Shown here: positions 48,400 to 63,900 of the stretch, piece by piece
How positions within the stretch are numbered: position 1 is the stretch's first letter
Layout: every line of letters starts with the position of its first letter
From: Ylistrum balloti
Taxonomy: Eukaryota
Direction: 5' to 3'
Length of the DNA: 64,000 bases
Assembly: GCF_031769215.1 (NCBI RefSeq)
Contig: NW_026782366.1
Span: forward strand, 186,001 to 250,000
Program-made: the position numbers and the translations under genes
The notes under the pieces: model-generated
What the model was told of the DNA's origin: nothing
The model's input: the letters and a program-made list of their open reading frames with translations, nothing else
Database searches by the model: none

Positions 48400-49660
48400 A
48401 ATTCGTGATAAATGTAATAGTCTTGCTAATCATCATGGAAGAAAACACGGACTAAAACATCAAGCAGTACGATCGTTGGTTAAAGCTCATTTGAAACTAC
48501 ACGCAAAGCTGTACGATTCAGGAAAGGTTATACTCTCATCGATTGAATACCTTAATTGGTCATTGTACACTACCATAATAACGACACCTAATTGTTTGAC
48601 GCTGGTTAATTTAATTTTGACAGGTGCATCTGCCAATCACAACATTACCTTTTAAGGCGAGCCCACCTGAAGGGCGGTTTCTCGTTACACATCGTTTGAA
48701 AGGGCGCCAAGTTTTGTTTGCATTCTTTATCACGTTCAGCAAGAAGGTTCTACTTCGAAACGCATGCATATAGGGTGTTATTACGTAACATTCAGTTTCT
48801 ATCGATCATTTTGTAGTTTACCCGAGCGAAATTATAATACCGTAAAAATATTTACTCAAAACGTATTCTCCTATTGCGTACAAGTGGGTTGTCTCAAAAG
48901 TCATTTTCCGAAGTTTGCATAGCTAACAGATACTTTCACTTCGTATGTAAGATGGCGTCGTAAACATCAAGAAAACCAACGCATAAGGTCATTATTATAT
49001 TTCCGACACCTTAAGTCCCACGCAATTTTTGACAACTTACACTGTTTGCCTACAATGTAAATTATTTTGAGATAAATGATTGTGAATAACCCAATCAAAT
49101 CGGTTGTTACAAATGATACAGCAATAATTTTGCACACGGCACTTCGAAAACCTTCACTTCCGTAAGCCAACCTTCGAACGGGCGGAGTGTGTTTCGGTGA
49201 GAATACAAACACAAGTGGATTCTTACATTTATTAGAGCAGTTTCGTTTTATAAATTTATTCCTTAGTTGGAAATTAACAAAGAGGCAACCATGAGCAAAC
49301 AGTGTGCAAAGTGCACGAAAACCGTGTTTCCAGTGGAGGAACTGAAATGTTTGGACAAGGTAAGCTACTTCGGCTACCTGGACATTTAACGATGAAACTA
49401 TCAATATTTGAGTAGTTGATGGATATAAACGAAAGAGTAGCATGCCATATTTTAGAAACATTGATACCGATGGAATTCGCGTATTTTGGATAATAATACC
49501 ACGACAAGCATCGCATGATATGTCCGGTGTTTTCTCGGGTCACATTCCAATACAATACAACAGGTTATCATTTTGTCCTATGGCATAATTGGTTTCCACA
49601 CATATGCTATTAGTCTCGAGCTACGGTCATTAACGATGTCGCTCAAGGGGATGTTCAGAA
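48400..49660 (+). promoter_or_regulatory. CpG-retaining promoter / first-exon region of the LASP gene
   Basis: Local CpG density contrasts with the CpG-poor flanks; YY1-like AAGATGGCG at 48949. Confidence 0.55.
49291..49359 (+). CDS. LASP1: LIM and SH3 domain protein (Lasp/LASP1), coding exon 1 only
   Basis: ACCATGAGC..: MSKQCAKCTKTVFPVEELKCLDK then AAG|GTAAGC. This 23-codon LIM N-terminus is like human LASP1 ([23 protein letters not shown]) and fly Lasp. I found no WHK-type exon 2 before 64000, so intron 1 appears to exceed 14.6 kb. Confidence 0.85.
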
Positions 49661-51774
49661 CAGCTTCCGAAGAAGTTATATACAAATCCTTGCTATATAG
49701 CAATAATGATTCTTTAACTGTCTTGTTTACATTCCAATACACTATGTCATCATCTTGCATGTTTCTTTAAAGTTTCAGTACACCTTAAAACAGGATAGAG
49801 TAGCAAGTTGTCTAATTACACTAACAGGTATTATTGCAGTAAAGAGTATCTCAGAAACGGTCTACTCTAGTGGCTTGTCTTGCTTACAATGGCACACACA
49901 TACTCGGATAAAAAGTGTTTTGGAATGTACGGTTGAACACACAGGGCTTAATTTATGTGCCCACCACTTCCTCACCAACAAACAAAGCAAAAAGAAATAA
50001 AAAATGAAAATAGAATAAAATTTGTTCTGTGATGCCCAACACATATTTCTGAACATAAATTGATGGGTAATAGTTTCTGACATCACAACCAGACAGTGTC
50101 TGTGAGAAAATATTACAGACTTTTGGGGGGAATTTTTAGCTGTTTATCACATAAGAAAAACACAAGTGTATATATATTATATGGTTGTAAAGAAAACTGA
50201 CTTATTGTAGGCTCTTATTGGTAGGCATGCACACCTACTGATGTGTATTTATAGAAGTGCTGGCCACACTTCTGATACTTGCACTAAAGGGGAGTTTTAT
50301 GTACAAGTAAGCGGTACATCACCTTTCTCTTTGTAACACCTGTAGGCAGTGTTGACGTGAATAACCTACCAACTCAGGCTCAGGCATTTTAGAGAATGAC
50401 CGAATTATGTCCTTCCTGCTTTCACTACTAGATTTAGACAAAGAATAAATACATACTGAAGTCAGGCCATGTGATTTTCCCTTTTTTTTTACATTTAGTA
50501 CTGGTTTGTTAAAAAAAAAAAAAAAAAACCACTTACTCAGATAAATTAATTAATCAGAAGAATTTACTTAGACTTATGTTTATTGATCAGTAGAATATCT
50601 TATTTAATAATGCTTTAAAAGCAATTAAAAATGTCCATATTAGAATACAAGCATGCAGATTAAGTCAGTTTTGTACAAGGCTTTGTGGGAGAAAACAAAA
50701 TGCATCATCACTTCTTAAACTTTCTTTTACATTGAAATGCAAATCTGCATTGCCCCTTCCTTGAATTTTGCTAAAACCCATTTTCAGATAGAAAAAGAAA
50801 AAATGTTTTTATTAATTTAAGAGCACCAATACAATGTAACAATGTACCATAAGTTTTTTTTTTTTTTAATTTATTGACTGCTCTCATTAATCTTAGAGAA
50901 TGTTTGAAAGACAGTCACATTATTGGCTTTTGGAGATTTTTCATAGCCAACTTTATTAAGATGTGTGTGACTGTTCCTTTACGTTTGTTTAATTGATATT
51001 GTCCTGACAGTTATAGGTACTAAGTTACAGAATATAATGTTTTGAGTTAGATAATCAAGGAGTTCATAAAAGCTGCAGCAAACAATTTGTCTCTTGGAAC
51101 ATCATCCTGTGTTGATTTGATGTACAAGATATTTAATCTCTGTATAAAGGTAATCATGGCATTCAGTTGACCTTTGAAAGTATGTATTTGACCCCCAAAA
51201 ATGAGATTGTCTATTTCACATGTTTTTACCCTTCAGAATCTGACATGGATCAACTGTTTGAACCCCACATTCTTAAAAGATTTTCTCTGGTATTTCATCT
51301 TTATGATTGTCTACTTAAGAACCATATCAAATGTGAGTCAAGTGAACACATGTACCAGTTTTTAGTTGTAGGCCAGGCTACCTTTACTTAACCTATTTTG
51401 TTGTCCTTAAGCCTTGCTACTAATAACCACAAACATTTATAATACATCAAAATACAACGCTATTGTATATTTAGTATTACATTCAGTAAATCAGATAGTA
51501 CTGGTAATTAATGGTTTATGGTCCTTGGTACATTCGGAGAACAATATGAGATCATGAAAATCTGTTACAACACTACTACTAACTGTTACTCTAAATAGAT
51601 TCATCATCATGCACGGTTTTCCATAAGAGATGTTCGCCGGCCAGTTTGACCAGTTACTTTGATCATTTGGCCGCCTACACCAATCCAGTTTTGTAATAAT
51701 GTTCCGTACACGACTACACGTACACGGCAGGCCAGCCTCCTACTTTCACTACACAGCCTACTACTAACAAAATT

Positions 51775-51960
51775 ATGGAAAACCCTGATCATGGAGAGGT
51801 TGCAGAGTGGAGTCTTGTATCCTCTGATGTGCCTCAGGGATCAGTCCTAGGACGTCTTTTTTTAATGTTTATAAATGATTTTCCAGAAAATATGTGCAGT
51901 CTGAACATTTTGTTTTTTGTTTTTTTTTTTTCGGTGCAGATGACACATAATTTTAATCAT
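51775..51960 (+). mobile_element. CR1/L2-like LINE reverse-transcriptase core fragment in the LASP intron
   Basis: WSLVSSDVPQGSVLGRLFLMFINDFP..ADDT* matches the GVPQGSVLGP..FxxYIND..FADD RT motifs, interrupted by a T-rich insertion and a stop. Confidence 0.8.
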
Positions 51961-54900
51961 TCATAACCCCAAAAGAACAAGCTGAATTGCAAAGAGAAAA
52001 TTTGATATAGGCGTAACACTTGGCTAATGAAGTTTCATCCAGTTCTCCAGATAAGTGTTTACAAATACAGGTGGAGTATAACAAACCTTCATTAAAACAG
52101 AAGATAGTTATACTATAGTTAACATTATAAACATCATTTTCAGGTAGGTTAGGAGGAAATCCCAAGATAATATATTGTTTGAATTAATCATTTAAATGTT
52201 ACAAAAAAATGACCTAGAAAACTTGTGTACAGTTGTGTTTGTTTAATCATGGAATAAAAAACAGTTAATCTGTTTATCAGATATTATATCAATGTCTTAG
52301 GTAGGTAATGAATATGCCTAGTATTAAATGTTTATATGTATCAACAGAGAAAGCATCAATCTACCTGAAGACAGTTACACAAGTAAAAATTTATATTCAG
52401 TGAAGTATATCATGGAGAGACCAATTCAGCCAAAACATGCTTCAGTTGTACTCGGCTAAGGAGTATGAGATCACGGAAATGTGTGCTGGTTTATTAAAAC
52501 TGGGGTCAATTGACATTAGAAGGTTGTATCATCTCTTCTTAACTGCTCATGCATCACAGCTCCACAGAGAATTTCCCACGGAATAAATTTCAGGATGTTA
52601 CATGCTTATATTGTATCAGAGCCTATTTCACTTTTTAAAACATGTCTTGACTGCTTTGTCTAATACAATCTTTCATATTAACCACTTGTCATTCACAAAT
52701 CCTTTGATTGACATGGTGCATGTACATTCAGCTCGTTGCATTAGGTAGGCAATGATGAAATTAGGTATACTGTAATAGAATGTTAGACTGCTATCTTACC
52801 TTTTGATTGTAATTATTATGGCTGTCTTACTCTCTAGTCAACATAGCAGTAATTTTGAAAACAATTCTGTGTATTTTTTATGTATTACGTAACAAAACAT
52901 ATTTCTGTCTGATATGGAAATGGTATTGCAGTAGTTAGAATGTCCCTTTTGATTTGGTTTACCTGAAAATTACTTTTTTTGTCAATCATCACAGTTTCTT
53001 CTAAAAAAGAAATAAAGTATATGAGAGTCTGTCAGCCTAGATGACCAGCTAGTAGGCACATTACTCAATTGGAAGCAACTGATGCCAGTCTTGTGTAAAT
53101 GGATCATCCGGTACAGCATTTCAGCTTGTATAACCTCTTAATTGGTATACATGACCAGTTTCATATGATTTATAAAGGAACTTGTCAGAAGTTTTGGTCA
53201 TCCTGTGGGCATCCATGGCCACCAGGAACAGGGCTGAAGATAATACAAAGTATGTTTAATTATATACATTGTTGGAGAAAAAAAAACTGAAATTGAAATT
53301 TGTGAAGCTGTAGTGTAGGTTTCATGATAAATAAGGAAGCAGTGTATAATATAGTAGTTCTATTTTCTTCTCACACACTGTCCCAGAGTTACCTTCATGA
53401 ATATCAAACCTTCACTCATATGGTAGCTGCCCATATGATCACAATTGATTACTGTGTTAGTTTTGGAATGAGTAAAAGGTCATTTACAATTATTTTATAA
53501 ACTAATTAATGCTAAAAGACTGCTATGATATATGGGTTTTTGGTCTCATAAACTGTACATAGTAGAAAACTAACTCATAAATATTTATTATGAAAATAGA
53601 AAGGAAATTTAAATGCTTACTAGTTATTTTGTGTTTATTACTGATACAAAAAGCAATGATCTTGTTTTTAAAAGATGATTTTACTGGATAAAATATTTAA
53701 TTTGTTTTATGTGATCGTTTGATTTTTTTATTGAAAATCTCAATATTGTATTTAGAGCTATGACTACAAAAAAACATTACTGAAGATTAGTTCATTGTGA
53801 ACAAACAATGGAATATCACATAATGGTCATCAGATGTGTCATAAATGTCTTGTTAAAGACATGTGTTAATAGTAACACAACTCCTTTGGTAGCCTGGTGA
53901 CTTGTCACAGGTTTGCTTTACCAATTTGTAACATGTATGCAGAAAGCTGTAAGTCTGTACTTAGAACCAACTTTCTTGTGAAATTATTAATATGCATTTT
54001 GGATGATACCTGCTTGATTGACTTGTTTATGGTGATAATCATGATGTCTGAATTGGCAATACAAGACGATCGCTACATGAATATTGTGCTGATTGTTTTC
54101 CTGTGATTGATTAGTGCAGAAAGTAGTCACACTGAAGTCAATTGTTTCCACTTGTTTTTGCCAACTGTCATTTTCAGACCCAGAATTAGGTATTGATCAG
54201 CTAAGCTGATCAGGAACAGCTGTACCACCAGCTTCTGTACAATGTAGTCTTGCTGTTCAGGTGCTCTGTACTGGAGGGAACTCCTGTTTGATTATTAGCT
54301 AGTTTGTGTTCTTCAACTGATTATGTTGAAATTAAACCATGTTTTACAATCAATACTAATATATAGTTTTCAGATGTTGTCTTGCTTTTGGTCACTCAAA
54401 CATTTGTCCGTCCATTGGTACAGGCCAAAGGAGATTCCTTCACATTGAGTGGAAAACAATGACCTGACCACTGAGTAACCTTTTATAACTGGCACCAAGT
54501 AGTGACTGCAAAATGAGACCTGCATTTCAGTTAAGGTCCTTAGAACATGCATATGTAAATATACATTAAAACATCCTGTCACTGGAGAGACTCAGCTGGA
54601 AACTGCTGACTTGAAGTGTCTGCATTTTAAGGGCTAGAAAGCAGTTCAATCAGTATGTTCTTTAGGTTTTAATCTGAATGCAACAGGAAACAAAAAGGGT
54701 TTACCTATAGAAAATTCAGAGCACAGTGAACTATCTGTATCAATAAAATGATGGATCTTCTCTGCTATTCATTGGATTTCACAATGACAGATTGCACAAT
54801 GACAGTTTCATGGACATTGGAGTTTGAAGACTGCACACCATCACTTTTTAAAGTAGACAATACCTTTCTACAATCAATGGATGTCCTTTTAAAGTCTAGA

Positions 54901-57900
54901 AAAGGAATGTTTCATGATCTCTGAGCAACATACTTTACTATTGAAATATCATTTAGATATTATAACTTATAGATGTAACTAAATTTACTGCGAAAAGTTA
55001 AGAAGGAAATATAGGGATATAAATTATTTAAAAATAATTCAAAAGACTTTTGATATTTTTTCAAATTTTCAGAAATATTCAATATTGAAACTTTCCTCAC
55101 TTAGTTTACAAGTCAGTGCAAGAAAAAAACTTGGCTTCAATTTTTTGGCCTCATTTCTAAGGGATTTTGATTGAAGTTGTGTTTTAAAATGAAGGATATT
55201 CTTCATTTGTTCTATTATTCCTCTGACTGCTTTCCCATCTTCTAGTTTAAACTAGACATCCCGGCCAAGGCAGTTTAATCTTAGGATCTCTTTTATGATA
55301 AAGCAAGAACATAAGCAGTATGTCTTCTATATACATATATATATCCCTGGCTGGTTTGTAAATGCACACAATGATAACTAAGTGTAGACTTCAGATGTAT
55401 TGTTTGTCTCTTTTCTTCTTCCTAACACCCCACTTAAATTGAGTCAAATATATCACTTTTAGTCTAAATCTAACTTTAAAGTATCTTCAGAGGTTATGAC
55501 CAAAACAGTTGGAGGGTTGATATGTTCCTATACATTACCTGTACGTGCTGTAGGCATAGTTAAAATTATCCTTGTTAGCAATCTAGTGTTTTTATTTCCT
55601 ATGGATTGGGTCAAACCTCACAGGCATTTAAGACCATTAAATCTCGGTCAAGGACTAACATCAGCGTTTGAGGGTCATGGTCTCTGTTATTATTATTATT
55701 TCTTTTTTTTAGAAAGTCCTTGTCAACATTCTAGCAGTGTTATTCCTTGGGGATTTTGGTCCAACTTTACAGACTTCCCCATTTTTGCTATCTTTATTAC
55801 ACATAACTCTTTGTTTAATTGCAAGGGAGTTTTATATCACTTGTAATGCATTGTTGAGTAAGCAGACTAAATTACTTTATTACATTTTATTTGGTATCAT
55901 GTGACCAGGAGAGGTTTCATTGTACTTTATCAAGGTTATGATATTTCAGTGTGATTGCACTATTTCAGCTCCCTTGAATGGCTCCACCATCTGTGGACAA
56001 AGTCTTGGTATGAATTTGACTTTTGATTAAGCAAATTATTATCGAGTTATATTAAAGAAGCATTTAACTGTGACTAAAGTATAGATGTGTGTAGAGTAGT
56101 TTTTCATTAAGTGTATACACAGAAAATATGGTTAAGATCAAGAAAATTGTAAATAGTGAAATCAGACAGGGTTTAGTCAGAAAGCTTTTTTTTCTGTTAA
56201 TGTTTCACTCTTGCAGACCTGACATGTTCGTAAGATTGTGTGTCAACAGACTGCTGACAACATGATACACACCAGATGTTTAAACCAGCCAATGTAATTA
56301 TGAATGAGCAAATTTGTAACTTGTTTGTAGTGTTTTTAAATTTTAAACCATACACATTGTGTCATTTCAACAAAACACCACCTAAAATATAGTTTTGATT
56401 GACATATAGAAATGGCTCGAGTGACCTGAAATTATTATAAGAATTTTTTTTTTCTGTCAATGACTTTTGAATTATGTCACTGATATCAATAATGATGACC
56501 ATTGTATTATGTTGTATTAGTGCAGTTTAAACCCCTACATGATAATCTTATCTGTTATTGTATGTCAGCCTTCCTTCTCTCGGGTCAGAGCCCCTGTGGA
56601 ATGTCTATATATACACTGTACTGGGGTATTTCTATCTTTTACTATATCTCCTGTTTCAACAGTTTTGTGTTTTTCTTTATTATAGGATTCCTTTAATTGT
56701 TAAATATGAATATAAACCAGGTAGTATCTTTTTTTATCTTTTTTTAACACAAAGCTTACTGTACAGTATGACTGGTTTAGAATATATTATTGAAACCCTG
56801 TTTCCCCAGCATGATGATTCTATATGTAGCATCAGGCACCAAACCTTTTACCCATGCATAAGGGCATATATAGAGATATGTATTGGTTTCATTTTATGTA
56901 TGTTATTGTTTGTTGTGTGACATTTGCTTTTCAAAAAACACATGACCATGATACATGTTTTGATATATTTTTAGATTGAATGCAGTGCTGTTGCAATTAC
57001 TTACAAAAAAAATTACAGTACAAAGCATCTCTGTTTAGAGTTAATGGAAGATTTTAAATATTTTCTATCAGTAGGCAAATGTAGTAGGGTTTATATTACA
57101 TTTATTTGACCATAAATGAATTTCCATTTCATCTGAATGTTTATCAGTCTATTGATATGCTTTTCCATGTCATTCTCTTAGTCAGCATGCACTTGGCTAC
57201 ATAATACCTGGTAGTAATTACAAGTTTGTACATTAAGTAAGTGGTTTGGCTGGAAGTCGAGGTCACAGACCATTCTGAGCTGTTGAGGTTGTTTCCATAG
57301 GCAGGTCACTTAATGCCCAAATTGCTTTTGATAGTACAAGGATGTGGGTGGCTGGTTTCTTGTACATTGCTCAATAAGATAGCCATCACCTTCAGCAAGG
57401 AGACCCCCGTCTGAAAACGAGTTGGAAGTTCACTGGCAATTTATATGACAAACAAACTTCATTACCAGTTCATGTGATGTCACAATAGGTCATATTACAC
57501 CAGTGTTTTGCTAAAAAAATTGACATGTGTTACTTGATAGAATAACATCTCAATTTTATGATCAAATGAAAACTTGCTCTGTTTAAGACAGTTTTGGATG
57601 GATGCACCAACATAAACTTTCCCTGGATGAGTAAACCTGAATACCATGGAGTACCAGCATATTAGTTGTAAAACATGTAGACAGGAAACAGGCCTCTTCA
57701 GCCACACTGGCTACATCTGTCCTGAATTTGAGATAAATATAGATATGTCTCTGATGGAGGGTCTCTGTAGGTACATAATATACTAATTGAAAAAAAAAGA
57801 AACCCTCATTGCTGCTCCGTTTGTATTGTCTTACCTGTTATCAAATACTTTTCGTAATTTTTTCATTAGTTATTGTATTGACTATAACTAGTTACAGGGG

Positions 57901-60900
57901 TATCATTTACACTTATGGAGCTAATATGAAACACATTCTGTTTGCAGTACAGGACCTTACCCTTTGTTGTACCTACTATCACACACAACCTACATGTAAT
58001 TTCATACAGGCTTGAAATATTTGTATTGCTTTATAATTGACATACAAAGGAAAAGATTGTCATAAGTTCTAATGTATTCAATATGAGAAGTGAAAGGAAA
58101 CAACAGAATTGCATCTACTGTCCACCAATCATTAGAGGAAACAACACTACTTCCTAAGTAATAGTTTTACAGATTATACCTTTAATCCTATCTTGTTGAT
58201 CATGCACCCAACCAAAGAAAGTTACACAAGGTGTCCTCTCACCAATAAAGTTTGTTGTACCTTTGGCTGTTCTCTGCTTGACCTTGAAGTGAGCAGTAAA
58301 GGGCTATTTCATAATGTGACCAGGTGGGTCAGTGTCTGTTGGTAATACCATTTGAGTGTGATGGCACAATAGAAGTGCCCTTTGAGTCAAGCTCTATTTT
58401 TCATTAACACTTTCTAAATGACCGTTAATAAGAAATAATCAACATGCATTTTGATCAAGGTTGCTCCATTTTCTATAATCAAAAAGTTTCGGTGGAAAGT
58501 TACAAGGCGTAGTGATTGTAATACTTGGGTAGGTGGACTAATATATATGTGTATATATATTCCAATTTACCCTTATTCACAATCTTATAATATCTGAAAT
58601 AGAAATGAATTTTAATGAGTTTTAAAATCTTATAAAAATAAAAGAATTTTAATGATCAGTAATGCATAAATAATTATTCAAAATCATGTCCATGGTCTTA
58701 TTGGCTTAAGCCTTGCATTGGATGTGACATAAATTCCTATAATATGTTGACTACTTGTTGGGTAATCCACTTAACATAACTAGTAACTGCTGCTTTTATA
58801 TGATATTGAGATATGACAGAACGGGATTACTATACTATGACGTGTCCGTCTGTTCCTGTTTTGAAGGTTTTACTTTGTCAAGGCCAGGCATGAACCAATT
58901 ATATATCTCTCCTTACAGTAAATTCCTTTCTAATGTTATCATTGTTTCTGATGAGTGCCTGTACCACATCTGTACTGCACAAATAAAGGCATATTTGTTG
59001 GTAAGCTGTTTAGTATTTGAAGCAGCTACTTCAGTGTGCTGACTCCGCTTAGTGAAATAAACATCAGTATCATACACGTTTTTACATACACATTTAAATG
59101 CTGTTTTATGTGGTGTTGTTAACATTGGGATAGGCAGAACGTGATTGTACACAGGTACAAGGCTGTTTCCATAGTAAAATGAATATAATCACTTAAATAG
59201 ATGTTTCAAATAGAGGTAAAAAAGAGGAGAACAGTTAGTAAAAAGATTAAGAACCAAGACATCGGATTTCAACAAATTTGGTTCCCTAAGGTCACTAACG
59301 GTGATCATGCTGTTGATAAACAACATATATTTTCAAAAAACCTCCTCCAGATACAATTTACAAATAATAAAACAGTCCACAGCATTAGAAAATTCAAAGT
59401 GTTATAAATATCATTGTCATACAAGGATATTAATGTATTCCACACTTTCTGTTTGGCTGGAACAAGTGTCACATGATCTCGATGAAAAAGTCTTATTGCT
59501 TCACAGGGGAAAATGTTTTTTTTTAATTAGTGACTGGTTGTTTCTAAAAGTAACTTTTACCATGCGTGAAAGCAAAAGGGAAAATTGCAGACATTATAAC
59601 ATCAGTATACTTTGTTTGTGGCATTAATGTGATATAAAAGTATGCTGTGTATTGTATTGTAATATTTTAATTTGATGATGAATTTAATCACTTACTACAT
59701 GTCACAGATTTTTATATTGTGGTTACCATGATTTCATGAGATCAAAATTAAAACTAACTCAACTGAAAATCTTCTGTTTTGGGTAAGGTATATTATATAG
59801 AAAGGAGTTTTGGTGACTAACTGTGGTATTTACCACTGGTACTCACTCTACACATGTGTGGGTGTGGAAGTTTATATATATAGGTTCACTGTAACTATTT
59901 TTGTCTGTTGAAACAAGAATTTTGCTACAATTTCCACTCCTCACAAATTCTCTTACAGTTCTGTCAGTGGTTACTGTAGCACCTCTTACAAGTCTCTTGT
60001 TTATTAGCAGCGATGTATCACACATGATTAAGTCTTGAAGAATTGTGGCTCGTTTAGCTCAAAAGCTTTATATAAAAAGTACTGGACTTATTTATAATAT
60101 TGATAGAATCATTACGCAATTTAACATTGATGAAATTAAAGTCATTAGATTTTGCTCAAAGTGAAGGTAATCAATTTCACAGATAAACAGATTTCTTTCA
60201 TGAAATGTTGAACATAGAGTGGGAGGGACAAATCCTCACAAGTTGTTGTCACGATTCTATTTAATCTTTAACATTTCGAAGTTGTAAGTTCATACTCTTG
60301 AAAATGTCCATCCTAGCTATAATCCACAGCCAATGTAACTTCTAGCAGATAACTTATCACCCTAAATCTTACACAACACAGGTCTATCATTACTGACTGG
60401 CAAAAGTGAATTCATGATCATATACAGCTTTCTGAATGTGTTCCAGCCTTGAAGAACTGAAACACTGATAAAAGTGAAATATTACATCCAAGCAGCTTTA
60501 TTGGAATGCCACAGACTTCCCCATGCATGTCAGATTGCTTTGTAGTTCAGTGTCTTCTGATCTAGAAATGTTCAGTAATGTTCTGGTGAGTGTTTCTAGA
60601 ATTTACAGTGGCAGTTTGTTTTAAACTTGTGTTCATGCTAGCTTTCTCTTAACTGGATACTGATTTAGGTGGCTAAAAGTACTACAAGAGCTATCATGAG
60701 CTACCACTGATAGAAATGCCTATCTCTGACATTTCATGCATACCTGGAATATTCGCAATTATTCAATAGAATTGTTCATGTAAGATCACAAAATTATACA
60801 GCCTCTCCTACAGAGAATAACAGTAATACCAGTCAGAAATTGGTTAACCATGGTAATGTAAATTCTGTGTCAGATTAGTAAGGTGACATCAGATTATCAA

Positions 60901-63900
60901 TGGACAGTGATAGAACATTTGTTTGAATTTCTACTGAAACTGTAATAGATGTGGATGTGCCTACCTCGTATAATACTCTGGATTAATATGCTTTAGGACA
61001 GAAAAGACATCTGAACATCTCAGTTTTGAATATACACTACAAAGTATGATAACCAAACACAATCAATATTTTTGTAGAGACCTAGAGGCAAATAGCAGGC
61101 AGAAAATGATGGATTGAATAATGTTTGAAAAGCTGTTTACAATGATGCACAGTCTGTTATCAAAATTACATTATCATATGCAGATAATTAATATATGACC
61201 AAAAAACATGAAAATATTAAACTTAATACATTTTGAAAGCATATTTATTAGTCAAAAGCATCCTAGCTTATTTTAGCCATGTCTTATTTTGCCATAAATG
61301 AGCAGAAATGTAAAAAGTATGTTCAAATCCTTTTTTTTTTTCAAATTTGCCTATTCAGTATTTACCTCAAAATCTAATTGTGGAAATAGCAAAAGTTGAG
61401 GATAGACATGTACCAGACGAAAAAAAAAGAGTGGTACAAAGTATTTACTGATATTATGTCATATTCTATTACATCATATTGCCATAATGTATTTATTAAG
61501 GTGCTGTTACTGTGGTAGATGATGCTCATTGCTTGTTATGTCATTCTGACATAGTGATTGTGTGACATGATACATTCACCTAGACGTCAGGGGTTGGAAG
61601 TGGGTACACATGACTCCTCCAATATTAACACCCCTTGCACACCTCCATCTGGGCTAACAAGAGTGATCCGAGGGATATTCAGCACAAGTTAGGATTCATT
61701 GGATGCTTTTGATGAGAATTACACAAAATCATATACTTTAGTTCCTATGGAATCATACTCCACAATTTACCATTTAGATCAACATATGATATACAATTTG
61801 TGGAAATGCATTACAGATCTGGCTAGATTGATTTGCAATCATTTGTGTGGCCCTGATTGGGTCATGTCAGGTTTGCATTGTTATAATCTGAACAGAATAT
61901 TGGTGAAAAGAGTTCTTGTTGAAGCAGTCACTATAACCTTTTGAAGTATATATAGAAATTTCATCTGAAAAGGAATCCATTTATATGATATCAAGTGCAA
62001 ACTTTGGTGAAGTTAAATATTTGACAACAAACCTAATTGAAAATATGTCTTGAGATGTCTGGTACTGTATCATTGAAAAATACTTTTCATTACATTATAC
62101 TCATAAAAGTGTATATGAACCTCACTGCTACAGATACAGTATCAAACACTTGTGAAAGTGAAAATTAGGCGATATAATTGTACACAATTGTTACAGTAGC
62201 TTCTGTGCTATTACTTGCTTTTTGATGTTTGTGTAAAATTGTCACTGTTGGCTCTGTGATATCAGCTGGAATGGTGTAGATACTATTAGAAAGCACTCCC
62301 TGTCTGATCCATATCATTGTCATGTAACCTGCTTTTACTGAACTGACTAAGACCTCATACTAGAAAGACTGGCCTAACATGTGATCATAGTAATTGTGGC
62401 CACATGTCTGGAACGATCATATCCCACATATTGTTGGTGGTTAATCAAAGGTACATGCAATGTATGTGCTGTTCAGCATGGTGGTAGTATTTTTTTCTTT
62501 CTCCCTCTCCTCTTTGGATTTTACAAAATATATGTTATGAAAAATTGAAAACTGCTTTTATTGCCTTGACTGGTATTGAGACAGATGAAAGAAAAATAAA
62601 CTGTGCATGTGTTGAATTTTCAATATTGTACTTTCAGTTGTAATACACTAGCTTTTACTCTAGATATTGACCTTCTGTGATCAGGAAAGAAGATAACTGT
62701 TAAGTGTTTGAATTATGAACGGAAAATTCTTCAGAATATGAAAATAAATAAAAGGATATGTTTCCTGTTAAGTAAGTTCTACTTAAAGCAGCTGTCCTGG
62801 ATATTTAACCAATTAAATTGTTTCTCTGTAAGAAACACTTGGTGCATAATCTATGAGAAATGAAAGTCCTCTTTCCTACAAAAGCAAATTTTTGTGATTG
62901 CTTGGAAGATGGAAAGTTTTCAAGGTATTTCCTCTACCTTGTGTTACTTAAGGAGTTCTTATTGTCTTATCATTTTAGGATGTGACATTTAGTACAGATA
63001 TCCAGCACAGTATATAATAAGTACCCTAACATATATCGAGATAAGTTAATAGGTGCACTCCCGGGATAAACAAGTTGAGCATGTGGTGAAAATTAAACCA
63101 TTGAATCTGCAGCACTTGGTGGACAGATGCATCATATTTAAACAATTATCTTAACTAACAAAATGATGAAAGCAAAAAAATTTCAACAACTTCCATGAGA
63201 AACAAACCTTCTGTGGCTTAGTCTATTATTTTACTGTTTTATGTTAAACTGTGATTGACTGTTGTGTAAAAGCAACAATTACCTAATCAAATTAAGTTAA
63301 TGTTTTTGTCAGTTATGTCTCATGGGAAATGAAGGCTGTATTTCAGAACCATTCAGAGTCAAAATTTGGTTAAAATTTTCTGAGCATGAAAATTGTTGAG
63401 AATTTGGAAGACACTTAATGTCTCAGTTTTAAGAAACTAACTAGTGAATTATTGGATAGCATTTAATTGGCTCCTTTGGATTAGTCAGGTGATGCAAGAT
63501 TAAACTGTGTATTGTAGTATCTGGTTTGATATCTGTACAAACTTGTAGATGAAGGTACAGTAGATGTGAATCTATTGATGGTTAGATGAATGTTGATTCA
63601 ACACTGAAGATAATTGTCATTTAATTTTATTAGGAATATAGGCAACTGCTACTGTTTTGTAAAAGGAAAGAAAATTTTGACCAACATACCTTTTTTGTGA
63701 AATCTAAACTTCTTCACTGCTTGCACCTTGTTTAGAAATAAACAAGTGATGTTCTGTATTGACAGACTCCTTCATGCAGGGACAGTTAATGAAACAGCAG
63801 GTGTCAATTAAATTTAGAGAAAATTAGCCTGGTGTGAGTTGATTAGGCCATAAACTGGAGTCCTCAACACTGATTACATTGCTGAATCTTTTTTGAAGAC

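Noticed and set aside
48967-49555. 164-aa and 93-aa minus-strand ORFs
   Set aside because: They overlap the LASP promoter and exon 1 in antisense and show no protein-family signal.
54194-54212. Perfect inverted repeat TGATCAGCT-A-AGCTGATCA (also the 14-bp palindrome at 1280-1293)
   Set aside because: Short palindromes of this size are expected occasionally in 64 kb, and there is no associated element or repetition.
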